Source of the DNA: Octopus sinensis
Taxonomy: Eukaryota
Length of the DNA stretch: 46,740 nt
Reading direction: 5' to 3'
Assembly (NCBI RefSeq): GCF_006345805.1
Contig: NW_021835226.1
Span: 1 to 46,740 of the forward strand
The position numbers and the translations under genes were made by a program. Each line of letters starts with the position of its first letter. The stretch's first letter is position 1. The notes beneath the pieces are model-generated. The model was not told the origin of the DNA. It did not search any database and was given only the letters and a program-made list of their open reading frames with translations. This document shows positions 21,170 to 34,157 of this stretch, piece after piece.

Positions 21170-23966
21170 GTCGTGTCGTTGTTGTTGTTTTTAAACGCTT
21201 CTTGATCTGTGTGAAATATATGGCGAACTCTGAAGAAAATCGAACTATGAAAAAACCTGAACAGTTCACTCGCTCCCCGACAGTATGTCAGTCGTGCCTC
21301 GTGTCAAACCCCCGCAAACGGGGAATCCACTGCGCCCTCTGTGATGCCCATTTCCACCTGAGTTGTGTATCTTTGTCTAAAGCGACTGCAAGCGCCTTGG
21401 GCGCATGGCACTGTGCCCGCTGCCTCTTCAACTCAAAGGGCGCTGGGCCAAATCGGGGACCCTCTCGTACTACTACCCCCCACAATCTCTCGACTGAGGA
21501 ATTTATTCTGTCCCTGTCCTCGCTTCGTGGCACAAGAGACATCCCTCTCCGTATCCCCAAACAAGCACGCCTGACGGCCGCTTCCTGCCTCGAACAAATT
21601 ATCTCAGAAGCACTCAGTTCCGAAGAAGACCTCCCGTGGTTCCGTATCTTCCTGTTTGCACCTCTCGTCCTGGGAAACAAGCACGAGCCGTCCAATCCCG
21701 GCAAGGGAATCTCGTCCGCAATTAAGTCTCGGGCAGTTTCCCCGAAGCCCCACACCGATTATCATCACTGAGGAAGAAGTTCTGTCGGGAATCAGATCTT
21801 TCGGAGCAAGCAGCAGCGGGGGAATTGACGGCCTTCGGCTGGGGCATATCAAGGACATGACTTCTGCGATCACCGGGGAATCCGGCTCTCGGCTCTTGTG
21901 TTCAATCACGAAACTGGTCGGAAGGATCATCGACGGAAGGATCCCCCTCTTCGCGAGGAATCTCTTTTTCGCTGCCCACCTTCACGCTTTTCAAAAACCG
22001 GACGGAGGTGTCCGCCCAATCGCGGTTGGCAACTACTTCAGAAGGCTCTGCGGCAAAGTCGCTGCCAGAAGGGTTGCAACGAGAATCGGGGCCGAGCTTT
22101 CGCCTACGCAAGTCGGTGTTGGTGTGCGTGGCGGCTGCGAAGGAGCTGTTCATGCCACCAGGGGTTTCTTCTACATGGGCCAACGAGTTACTACCGATTT
22201 TATCGCTGTGAAGCTTGATATCACCAACGCTTTCAACAGCGTGCGCCGCGATGCTATTTTGGAAGTATGCGCTCGAAGAGCACCAGAAATAATCAATCTT
22301 GTCTCGCTTGCCTACGGCTCGGAGAGCAGTCTTGTATACGGGAATGAGATCATCCGTTCGGAGACCGGCGTGCAACAGGGTGATCCGCTAGGGCCACTCC
22401 TCTTCGCGATGACAATCGATGAGGCAGCTCGCCTTGCTGTCTCTCAATTCAATCTGTGGTATCTTGATGATGCCACATTGGGTGGCCATGCTGACCAGGT
22501 TATTCGGGATGTCGAACACATCGTACCAGCACTGGCTACCCTCGGCCTCTCGGTCAACGCGAAGAAGACCGAGATCATTAATGTCTCGTGTTCGGAGGCC
22601 GACTTCCGATCCGCTGTGGCCCGCCTCAGAGCAACCCTGCCTTGTGCGAACGTTACCCCAATCGATGATGTCACCTTTCTCGGTGGATCCCTGTCCGACA
22701 CGAAGCTCCAATGCATGCTTTCCGCCAAAGCCGAACACTTCCAAAGACTTTCAACAAATCTTTCTATCTTGGACTCGCACACTGCCTTTTTCCTTTTGAA
22801 GAACAGCATTCATATGCCGAAACTCATTTTCACCCTCAGGAGCAATCCCTGCTTCCTGCATATGGATCTACTCGCCGCATACGACGTAATCCTGAAAAAG
22901 ACTGCCGAATCCGTCCTCAATGTACACCTCGATGGTCCGGATGGGCCCAATGCTCGCTCCCATTGAGATTCGGAGGTGCGGGAATCCGCACTGCATCCGA
23001 TGTGGCACTTCCGGCATATCTATCCTCCCTTTCGATGTGCAACAACCTGGCCTCTGAGATCCTACTCAAATCTTTCGGATCTTGCCTGGATGGTGCTTTT
23101 TCGGATGGGCTCACTACCTGGGATCGCTCCTTTTCTGAGAGGCCCGAAGATTTCTCCTCCCAACGTGCCTGGGACTCTATTGCATGCCGAGCGCGTGTGT
23201 CTGAGCTCTCTGCAACCCTTGATCAACACCGCCTGGCATGCCTTCGTGCGGCATCCGCCCCTCACTCTGGCAGCTGGCTGAATGCTCTTCCTCTCTCCAG
23301 CATCGGGACGTTGCTAGACGATGCTGCCATACGCATCGGAGTGGCTCACCGTCTCGGCCTGGATGTTTGTGCAAAACACCGCTGCAGATGCGGTGAGGAC
23401 GTTGACGAAAAGGGACTGCACCCACTTTCCTGCAAGAGGAGCGCAGGCAGGGAACACAGACACAAGGCCCTCAATGAAATCGTGAAGGCCGGTCTCGAAA
23501 TGGCGGGCCATTCGTGCCTCCTCGAACCGGTCGGACTCGATCGGGGAGATGGCAAAAGGCCTGACGGGATGACAATATTCCCGTACTCGTCGGGGAAGGC
23601 CCTCGTATGGGATGTCACCGTTGTGGATACCTTTTCGAAATCGAGGATCCATTCTTCTGCGGCAAACCCTTGTTCGGCTGCAAACCACGCCGAAAAGATC
23701 AAAATACACAAATATTCTTCGCTCGCAGACCGCTACCGCGTTACGGCAATCGCCCTGGAGACCGCTGGAGTTGCAGGAAAGGAGACTGACTCGTTCCTCA
23801 AAGAGGTCGGGAAGTCCATCGGGAGGAGGCTCAAGGACTTGAGAGAGGGCCTCTGGTTCCGCCAGCGCATCGGCCTGGCCATTGTTCGGGGCAACGCACA
23901 CTGCGTCCTCGCCGCTGGAGCTTAACGATTTTCGGTGTTAGTTGTTTTTGTAAATAAAAAAAAAAA
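21170..23966 (+). mobile_element. CRE-clade non-LTR retrotransposon B (PHD - RT - CCHC - RLE) with internal deletion
   Basis: ATG at 21220, TAA at 23923-23925, then a short 3' UTR with AATAAA and poly(A) to 23966. PHD at 21286-21423. Motifs GVQQGDPLGPLLF, WYLDD, CRCG..HPLSC..RH, GKRPDG, WDVT. Frame breaks at about 21735 (deletion) and 22934 (-1). Confidence 0.93.
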
Positions 23967-24064
23967 GTTAAAAACATGGAGTAGCTATAACCGATCCTCG
24001 TGTTTATGGCGGATTGACGATGAATAGCAACCACACTGCCCTTAAAAAAACTATGATATTTTAT

Positions 24065-24583
24065 ATAAATGACTTTGTCTAATTGGAGATTATTTCCGAG
24101 TTACTGAACCAATTGAGACTTGAATAGTACACTCTTATATTCCGAAAACCAATAAATGAATTTACGACAGCCAAGAAATTTATTTCCAAGAACAATTGAT
24201 TGAATTGCGAAATTCGCAATTTTGAAAGTTGACATTTAGTTTGAATTCGATTATGGAATTTTGGATTTTTGTTTTTAATGAATATCCAATTTTAAGTAAA
24301 AATGCACTAGAAGTGATAATCCCAATTCCAAGCACTTATTTATGTGAAATAGCAATGTCTAGTCTTTTAATTCTAAAAAATAAAGTTCGCAGCAACTTGG
24401 GGTGGAAGACGTTATAACAATAGCACTTACCAACATTGTTCCAAAAATTAAACAGCTAGTTTCTGAAAAACAAGATCAAAAATCACACTAACTCAACAAT
24501 TATTATCTTTTAATTTCGTTAACTGCTCTTATAAAATTGTTTTGTTACATGTGGTCCCCGGTCAAAAATGTCAAGAAACACTG
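24065..24583 (+). mobile_element. hAT (Buster/Charlie-type) 3' remnant with right TIR
   Basis: FWIFVFNEYPILSKNALEVIIPIPSTYLCEIAMSSLLILKNKVRSNL is the hAT dimerisation domain. It ends GTGGTCCCCGG...AAGAAACACTG (reverse complement CAGTGTTTCTT). Confidence 0.8.
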
Positions 24584-24998
24584 CTCTGGAGTGCCTGAGT
24601 TAGAATACTTGCGGCTAACTGGGGTGGAGACTCCAACCGCTTGGATAAATAACTTTTTGACGAGTGGGATCCTGTATCGGAATTTTAAAATCATACTTCA
24701 AACATAAAGTGATTTGTGCTGCAATTTTTGTGATAATGAAATTAACCTTATAAAATGAAGTTTCACGTGGAAAAGTACCTCCTAGGGACTTAAATTGAAA
24801 GCGTTCATTAAGATAGTCCACATGACGCCACGTTTGTTAACCAAGTACGAATACGAAAAAGAGAGAGATACAATATTCTTAAGTTTATAAACTTTTGTGA
24901 TCATCCCTCTTTATAGATTTGTTTTAAAATAAAATAATGTTTAAAATTTTCAAAATAATTATTACTATACAATTTAATTAATTATCACGACGTCGTTG

Positions 24999-27900
24999 AT
25001 GTCCGAGATTGATAGCATTAATTTGTTGATAGAAAATATTAATCAGTTAATTAAGCAACGCTTAGAGTACGTGTTTTTTTCATCGCTCATAGTTCATCCA
25101 CTTCATATGATCTCTCTAAAGATAAAATATTAAATTGCAGTAACGTTGCTAATTGTATATGCAGCCTGAAGTTTATATTTATTTTGATTAATTTTTTTAG
25201 TTTTGGAAAAATAAATGATTTTACTTCTATTGACAAAGCTCTGATTATTTTTACTGAACTGTACTCAGAAGAAAGTGCCGAGGTTCGTTTGACCGCTTCA
25301 GAATCAATGGCTAAAGTGATTCATGTTTGAAACTAATTGAATATTATGTATATTATTAGTGTTGCTTAAAATATTGTGGAACGCATCTTTATAATGAAAT
25401 TTTGAACCTCATATCAAAATACATGTTTTCTCAAAGAGCCTTATTCATTTTATTTCAATCGCTATCGGTTATTTGTTATCATATACGTCCTCTTGATTTT
25501 ATGTTCAATTTCATTTAAGTTAAATTTAAAGTGAATTGGGGCTTGTTCTAAACAAAACAGTAATTATTGTTTGTGAAAGCAGTGATGAACGATTTTTTGA
25601 AGTACTAGAAAGTTCTTTGACAAATTTGAGCCCAGTTGTGCTCATTCATTTAAGTTATCTTCAACTTATGGTTAATTTTTAAAATATATTATATAGTCAC
25701 TTTCTACTTTACTCATACCTTCTCTATCTAAAGAATCTACAATTATTAGATGTGCTGTCGCAAATTCTGTCGCTTGTGTATGTAATTCAAGCAAAGAGAG
25801 TAAGTATGAATTGGTTAAAAAGGTAATTAGTGACCTTAATGCTGGTAAATTATATTTTATTTTATATTTAGACATAGCCTTATTTGTACATGGATATTTT
25901 TTATGTGTAAACAAATGTATAAAAATTTTAAATACTATTGGATATCCGTTCTCTAGATATAAAACGCTGTTAAACGAGGTTTTTAGATTATTTGATTTAA
26001 AAATTAGGTTATCGAAAATTGTATGAAGCAAATATACTTAGACAATAATTGGTCGGTTTATTGTGCTGCATTAGAAACTTTAAATGAAATTTTAAAAGTT
26101 CCCTCCTACGACATCATACAATTATTTAAAGAAAGAACAAATATTACTATTCCGTGTAATTTTTTAAGATTAGCTTCTCGGATTTTTTTTGGTTATGACA
26201 ATCAAAAACCTTTTTTGGAAATTAATAATATATCAGACTCCTTCTTCCCTTTACAGTCAGAAGCAATCGCTTTATTTGCAAATATTGTCAGATTTGATTT
26301 GAACTCCATCGGTAAAGTTTTTTGTAGAGGTTTGTTTATTCATTTAATCTAGACTGTTATGAAGTAGTCGACGAAATGCTACAAAATTTTATGGTTGATG
26401 TGCCATCAATCCGCCCTTTTGTTGCCGATATTTCCTGCATTTATATGAAAGTTATAATAATTAATTTTGAAATAAATAATGAAAAAGGTTTGCTAGTATT
26501 TTTTTATTTCAAGACTTAACCAGATCTGCTCGTTTATTTGATTTAATTATGAAATTATTGGCCGACAGCACATCTATTGTTACAAAATCAACGATTAAAT
26601 CACTAAAAAACATAATAAGGGACATACTTACTTGTCCCAGTTATGAAGTCAATATATACGGATTAGATTTGTTAGAAAAATGTATTGGATATCAATCCCA
26701 TGTGTATTGGCTTGTTAAGGTTTATATTAGTATTGGTACTATTGGTAGGTAGAATTGATGGAATTATTCTTACAACTCGATTATAATGTACTTCTTTATA
26801 TTGAACTTTCTAAATCAAATCGTATAGACACAGAAATATACAGAGTTCTAAAAAAGTCATATATATTATAGGGAGGATTTTTACAAGATAAAATTGTAAA
26901 ATTCTTTATTGCAATGATTATTGACCCTGATTTTCGAATCCGTGAGTTTGGAAGTAGGAAATTCGTCATATTGATTCAAATCCTGAACATTACAGTACTT
27001 AATTCAACAACAAGTTGTTCTTGTAATCGAGTTTTTGCACACTATTTCGATCGAGAAGAATTGTTGCAAGGAGATAAAAGATATTCCATAAAACTTTTAT
27101 CAGATTCTAAATTAGTCAATACGACTGGATGTGTACGACATGAGTTGAATATAGATTTAAAACTCGGATATTGTATTCGATTGTTGTATTATCTTTTTCT
27201 TGATAACATCTTGGGACATAATATACACGTTATTGTATTTAATATTAAATTTCACACTATAGGAAGGAGTTTTATTTTCTTTTGAAAAGATTTCGATTGA
27301 ATATCCGATTATCTCCAATCCTTATGCATGGAGTCTATTTTTCTTAAACATTTCTAGATTAAAAACATATTCAGATTCTGCGAATTTTGGGTACAATTTG
27401 AAATATTATTAAATTAGTTTTATAAATTACATATTTGAATATATTTTTGATTTTCACTGCATTGTCAAAGTTGATACTCAAATTTCATTTATTCGGTTTA
27501 TTGCGAATCTTTTGATTGGTAAATTTCAAATTATAAAATTTTATTTTAAGGATTAATTTATTGGAAAGATAAATTTAATCAATGTGATTCGCAATATTTG
27601 TCAGAATCGATTGAATCCTTTCTGCTACATATATTAAGGTTTCTTTGTATATTGTATTAAAATTCCTTAGAATGATGAAAATTGTTTGCTGTGTTATAAA
27701 TAATAAAACATTTAAACATTTTGAAAATTTCACAATCAGCTGCATTTTCGAGTATTTCAGTGAAAATTTTTGGTCCAAAACCATTTATTCCGATTATTTA
27801 GATAAAAGTGATCATGGAATGAAATTTTCAAAAATTTCCTGTTTGTAATTTTAAATAATTTATATTTTAATAATAGTATCATCGAGTCAATATAAAAAAT

Positions 27901-30900
27901 ATACAATAGAAGATGAAAAAATCACTTGGTACCAAAAAATGTTTACTGTTTTGGAAAAACTACATAAATCTTCAAAAGTAATATTTTTTTTATTCAAATT
28001 TGATTTATTGTAGACAATTATGTCAGCTGTGCCAAACAAAATCAATTTATTGACTGACGTCCTCTTTGAAGCTTTATCTACACTCCTTGAAGTCACTCGT
28101 TCTATTGATACTATGACAGCTCAGCTAGTGTGTAGTTATATCAGCGCTCTTTTGATATTTTCAAAAAATAAATCAATTATATGCCTTAACAAAGTTTTTA
28201 TGTCTTATATTTTAGCTTATTCAACTTCATCTAAGTTCAAATCTATATTTCGATCTAAGCTCAAATATTGAAAAAAATTTGGTTTATCTGAAGCATTTCT
28301 CATGCAATTTACTATCTTCTTCTTTTTTTGGCGATTATCATCAGGAAATATTTACGGATTTGTCGTTTAAACTGAGAAAAACCTATTGTCAATATCAAGT
28401 AAAGGTAGATAAAAAATTCAATCGAAACTTTCCTATCTGGTTTACATGTTCAAAATTTATACTATTTTAGGTGCATGCCAGCTGATTTCCGAAAAAATAT
28501 ATGTTCTAATCCAAGAAATATTATATCAAAAGTTTATATTTGTGTTTTCTATACTAGGATTTGTTTAACAATGTCACAGAATTATTTATCTCAAAAATAG
28601 CAGAGATTATTGATTCTTTTGATTCTTTTGCAGATCCTGTCTCTTTAGCACAGGCAGTTTATTTAATCTGGAGCTTTATGAAAACTTCTATCGCGTTTTC
28701 AGTAATAGAGCCAAATATTGTATTATTTTGTATTCAAATAATATTTTAGATTTTTGAAAATAAAATTAAAATTTTTGTTGATTTGGCCATAAATGATTTA
28801 TTTTGGTTATATGCTTTTAAATTTACATTTTTAGCGATGAATTGTTATTTGAGTCTGTGGGATTATTTATCGTTTTCATAAGTGGACTCAGAGATTCTAA
28901 TATATATGTTAATGACATTATATATATTTGTAACGGTTTGTTGGCAGAAGAAAATTCCACAAGTCGTAAATTGGGTATTTATTTTAAACTATTTTAGCAT
29001 TTATACTGCTAAGAATTCTAGTAACTGAACTGTTTGTTATTAGCAACACAAGCAATGCTGACTGTGTTAATTTAAAATCAAACATGGAAGAAATTTTTTT
29101 TATTTTAATTCAAAATCTCAGTTCTATTTATGTATTCATTACAATTCTGTAATAAAAATTAGATTCTTGATATTTTATCAATGATGATGATTTATTACCG
29201 CAAAAACAATTCTGACTGCTACATTAGATATTCTCAGATACTTTTTGATCAATTAGTGCCCTTGATTTATTCAAATATTGTAAGTTAATGAAATTTATTG
29301 TAGATTGCTGTGAGTGATTTTTTTGATTTAGAAAAAATTGAATTCCTTTTTGATTCACTTTCAAAGAGTACGTTTCGGCCGATAGATTCTGTTCTAATGA
29401 AAATTGTCTTTATTCCTTCTTCTCAAGTTTGATTTTATAATTTTAATTTGAAATAGGACAACTATGATCATAGTCCTTGGATCGTTGGCCTCAGCCTTAT
29501 TTTTAAAATTGTTTCTAGAAATTGCAATGAATTGATTCTTATAAACCGAATGGCCGATTTGTGCTATTCAAATTTTTTTCATGATTTTGTATTTTTATAT
29601 AACTTTATAATCGATACTCAAATTGTCGAGAAAGAAAATTTCTCCACATATAAAGAAAATGTTATAGGATGGTACTTTTTTGCAATATTAATTTTGAAGC
29701 TTGATATTGTATTCCTTGAACTTCCTTGTATCACAGATATCCAAATATATTGAAATAATGGGAAAATCTCCAACAAAAACTTTAAATATTGCAATACATT
29801 ATATCATTACACTTTATAATTTTTTACATCCTGGTTTTTTTTATTTTTACATTAACAGATTTGGAATTTTTTTCAATTCGCCAGTTTGTCGGTGCTCATA
29901 TTTCTCGTTTACTACAAATGAATATTTGTTCATCTTTATTAATCCATCACTGTCCTTATTTTTTATATTCCCTGAATGCTCTAAGATTGTGTGTATCTAC
30001 TGATTTCACACCTTATTATTTTTGGCCTTTAGTTGATTATTCAGAAACTTCTGCAAAGTTGTATAATTCATAATTTTTTTAGTATTTTTATTCCAATGAC
30101 CATCCAATTTTGGAACCTTTTGTCATTACTCAATAATGCTAACTTTTTTAAAAAAGGGGTATTTTATTTTGAATATTGTTTCTAGAGTCAAGTGATTTTC
30201 ACAAAAAACGATTTGTCTTTTAACTTCATAATAAAATCATTTGATTTATTTCTTTCATATCTGAATGAAGGTCCAATACAACAAATGATAAAGTAATTTT
30301 TTAATCATTTATTCAAATAGGTACATTATGAACGATAAAGCATTGAATCTTAAATATTTAGGTATTATTTCAAATAGTATAAATATCATTGTGGACCAAA
30401 ATAATCACAGATTATCTAATGATAGCATTCTACAGATTATATATGAACTTGAAAAATTTTGCTTTGGATGTTGCTTCAATTTGTTAATTTTGGAATATTT
30501 AATTAAAATCTATGAAAAATCTTCGATAAATATTCGTTTACTTATTGAGATTCAATTAGGTCAATACTTTATTAAATGTTTAAAGGTACTTTAATTGTTT
30601 AAATTAATTAACGACACAAATTTAAATAATAATACTAAGTTATCTTCATTTTGTAAAATATGCGAATGCAGTCGGATCTTGGATGAAGCTTTAAAAATTT
30701 CATCTTTCCGGTTAGACAAAAAAGAGTTAGATCCAGATTTAAATTGATTTATAATAGAGTGAAATGGATAAAAAATAATTTGCTTGGAATAAAAATTTCG
30801 GATAAGAATTATTTTAATTTAACTGTATTAATTTCATAATATATATTAAAATATAGGAGTTGGACAAAGCTTCAGATCTATATATGATCTGCAGGAATAA

Positions 30901-33900
30901 TTTACATATAAATTTTTATAAAATTATTTTTGATTCGATGTTTATTGAAATTTCATGGAGTAATTTAATTTCAGAAGCTTCGATGAACGACAATTTCTAT
31001 TTTTATTTGTCTAAACTCATTTCCAACAGAAATCCCGAATCAAATTTCAGTTTCTTTATAAAACAGCTTTATTTCAAATATTTTTGTATAAAAATTGATA
31101 ATTACTGGAAGAACGAGAATCATTTTGATTGGATATTAAAGATACCAAAATCCTTTTCATTTTTAACAATTGCAAATTTGAACTCAGAATCTATATATAC
31201 AATTGAAGGCTTTATAGATTTTATTGTCTCAAAAATAATTCATTTTGATCATCTATCCTACTTTACTGGTTTTCAAACATATATTCAATTTTTGTTTTAC
31301 ATTATCGAATCTGGGGGTTTTGTACAATTAAAAGAGTTCATGATCCGCTTTAATCTTGAATTTTTTTTCATTTTATCTTCGGTATTATTTTTAATCTTAT
31401 ATGTTGCTTTTAGGATGCAAACAATCAGTTAAAGAAATCGTTTTTAACTGTTTACAGTGATTCAATATCATATTTTGTGTTTTACATGTTTTTGAGTATA
31501 AAATGGATTCATAGTTTTAAAGAAAAAATTTTTACAAATATAAATTACCTTTTATTAATTATTTGTTTAGCATACAAGATAATGCTGAAGGTAGTGACAC
31601 CAGATATTTTATGCATTTATGTTGATTTTAACAAAATTATTTACGAACAAAATGGTTTATAATATTTATTCATATTTATAGAGAAGCCCGAGATATTTAT
31701 ATCTTTTATGATCACACGGATGCTTTTGATTCTCTCACATTTTAGCATATTTCACCACTCTTCCGGGATTGCATTAGAATTGATTGATATAGTTTCCGGT
31801 TAGATTATTTTTATTTAAATTAGAATTGGCAAAAAGTCCATTAGTTGATTACTATACCTGTGTTTCACCTACTTTATGTACAAAATTCAAAATTCACCTG
31901 AACCCACGTATAAACTTTAGAATTGATGACGAATTTATATCTTTCGAACCATTTAAGAACATTGATATATTTAAAGAATTTTGCATATGTTCTTCCTTAA
32001 TAGGTAAACATAAAAAAATATTTAAGCTAATTCTACAAATGAGATTTTTAAATATACCTGGGTAATTATTACTTCTCCTTTTGCATATTTAGTTGAGGTA
32101 TTTTATTTTGTTACTATGAAATAGATTAATCACCCTTCTGACTTAGAACGACAAATAATATCATGTGAAAATATGGTTTCAATTATTTTAAGAGTAAGTA
32201 TTAACTTACTTATTCGCAATATTAATGTAAGTGACAAAGGTATATTCGAACATTTAAAAAAACTCGAATTGTCAGCAGTTTTATATAAAAATGGAAATTT
32301 AATGGCTAGGACCTTTAAATTTACTTTTAGGAAACAAAAAATGAATTGGCCCTTCTTCGACTTTTTATGAACTATACTCATATTACAAATTTACTATTCT
32401 TATCAGATCAATTTGATTTTGAAAATTGTATTCATTTTGTTAATCATATAATTCACGGAATGTTCTCTGATATAAAAATCTTATCTTTTACTTTTTTAAG
32501 AACAATTATGAAATCGGTTTGACTATTTGACTTTGTTATATTATTAGCTTCTAATTATCAGTTTATATTTTTTTCAACCAACTGATTTTTTGAACTATTT
32601 CAATACATTGATTTTGTTGCATGATTACTGTTTACCAGAGAACGAAACAGTTTTACAATATGTATACCCGGGCATGATTCTTTGTTATCTGCAAATTTAC
32701 CAGAATGAGGTACATTAATTATTCGTATAACTTGTTTAAGGATCCCATTGTATCCGATAAATTATTTGGAATTATTCTCGAGTTCTATTTAAATTCTAAA
32801 ATGAATGCAACCAGATTGATATTTCTTACTTTCCTTCATGAATTGGTTAACACAAAATTCCATAATCGACTTTCAGCTCCAATTCATATCATTATCTTTT
32901 CATTTTTTTCTGATCAATTGAATAGTTATAGTTATTTTGAGTTCTTTCTTAATGTTAATTTATTACAGTTCGCTCTCAGCTTCATATACTCAGATTTTCT
33001 GGCACACGCTAGTAGAATTTATTATCCTAACAAAAGACCAGATTCTTCTAGAAACAGCTATCACGGTAAGAATTCATTTCACGCAATTTTACGGAAAATG
33101 TTCTAATATTTATTTTTCTGTTCATTTGTATTATTTTTAATACCAATATAAAATATTTTATTTTTAATTAGGGTATGGAGGAAACTATTGATAAATGTGA
33201 TATCAGAAAATTATCTATTATAATAGAAGAATTTATGGGTCTAATCAGTCAAAGGATTTCATCCCAAGAACAAAATGTTGCAATTTTGCGAAAAATTATC
33301 AATCGGTAGTTTTATTTTATTATTTAGTTCGGATAAAAAAAATCAAAGTAAAAAATTACTTCATTTATGTGTTATGTATTTTTTTTCTAGTTATTATTTA
33401 TAAAAAATATATATTTAGTACGTAATGTATCCGATACTTATTTTATATGGACGTCAATATCATTTGTCGAAAAACATAGATTGGATGAAATATACATTTC
33501 TATTTTATCAATGTTATTTTTTAATTTTATATTTGTTTAGGATAAATTATTTAAGACACTCTGATGAGTTAATTCATGAAATTTCTAAGGTTTTAGTAAT
33601 CTTTATTGGTCATTCATTATTATTGAATTCTGTTTTTGTTAAATTTGTTTCATTAAATTTCCAATCATTGAAAGGTGCAGTTATTCAAGCTCGGTTATTG
33701 TTTGAGGTATTTATTCATTAATTTACTTCATTAGTGTAGTCAGGAAATAATAAATTTGGACATTATAGGAAATAAAGAAAATGGTATTAAATTAATCAAA
33801 AGATGGATTTGCCTCATTTTGCCCGGGGTCGAGCATCAAACAGATTATGATTGTATTGTCTGGTATATAGCTTTATTTTTAATATCCGCAAAAAATTCAA

Positions 33901-34157
33901 CTCTTACTCGTTCAATGTATATTACTTTTTCAATTTTATGTTAATTTAGATTTGAATCACTAGTGGAATTTAATGTTTACAAAGAATTTCCCGATATTGA
34001 ATTATGCCATCGTGTTATCCGTGATTTATCTTATGATTTTTATTCTTCTATTTCTTCGATCGTTGAACTGAAAAGCATGTTTTACAAATTCATTGATGTA
34101 ATGGCATGCCGATTTGAACAAATTTTTTCTGAGATACTTGACTTAATCGACAATTGA
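24999..34157 (+). CDS. HTT: Huntingtin orthologue (HEAT-repeat protein), many tiny introns, no polyQ tract
   Basis: The spliced N-terminus MSEIDSINLLIENINQLIKQRLDSSTSYDLSKDKILNCSNVANCICS...FTELYSEESAEVRLTASESMAKVIH...LYNEI...HIRP matches the recalled HTT TKKDRVNHCLTICENIV...[23 protein letters not shown]...LYKEI...HLVRP. The C-terminal KRWICLILP...IVWYIALFLISAKNS...LSYDFY matches RDWVMLSLS...ATWSLSCFFVSASTS...VATDFY. First introns are 25067-25092 (26), 25171-25200 (30) and 25325-25359 (35). The central exon structure was not fully resolved. Confidence 0.9.

Noticed and set aside
13250-23901. Numerous antisense and alternate-frame ORFs overlapping the CRE elements
   Set aside because: They are shadows of GC-richer coding sequence with no recognisable motifs.
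12341-23925. Programmed ribosomal frameshifting in the CRE ORFs
   Set aside because: The breaks fall inside conserved domains, at different places in A and B, and are explained by single-base homopolymer losses or one deletion.
24760-25000. E-box (CACGTG) and TGACG-like motifs upstream of HTT as regulatory sites
   Set aside because: Short motifs expected by chance, with no independent support.
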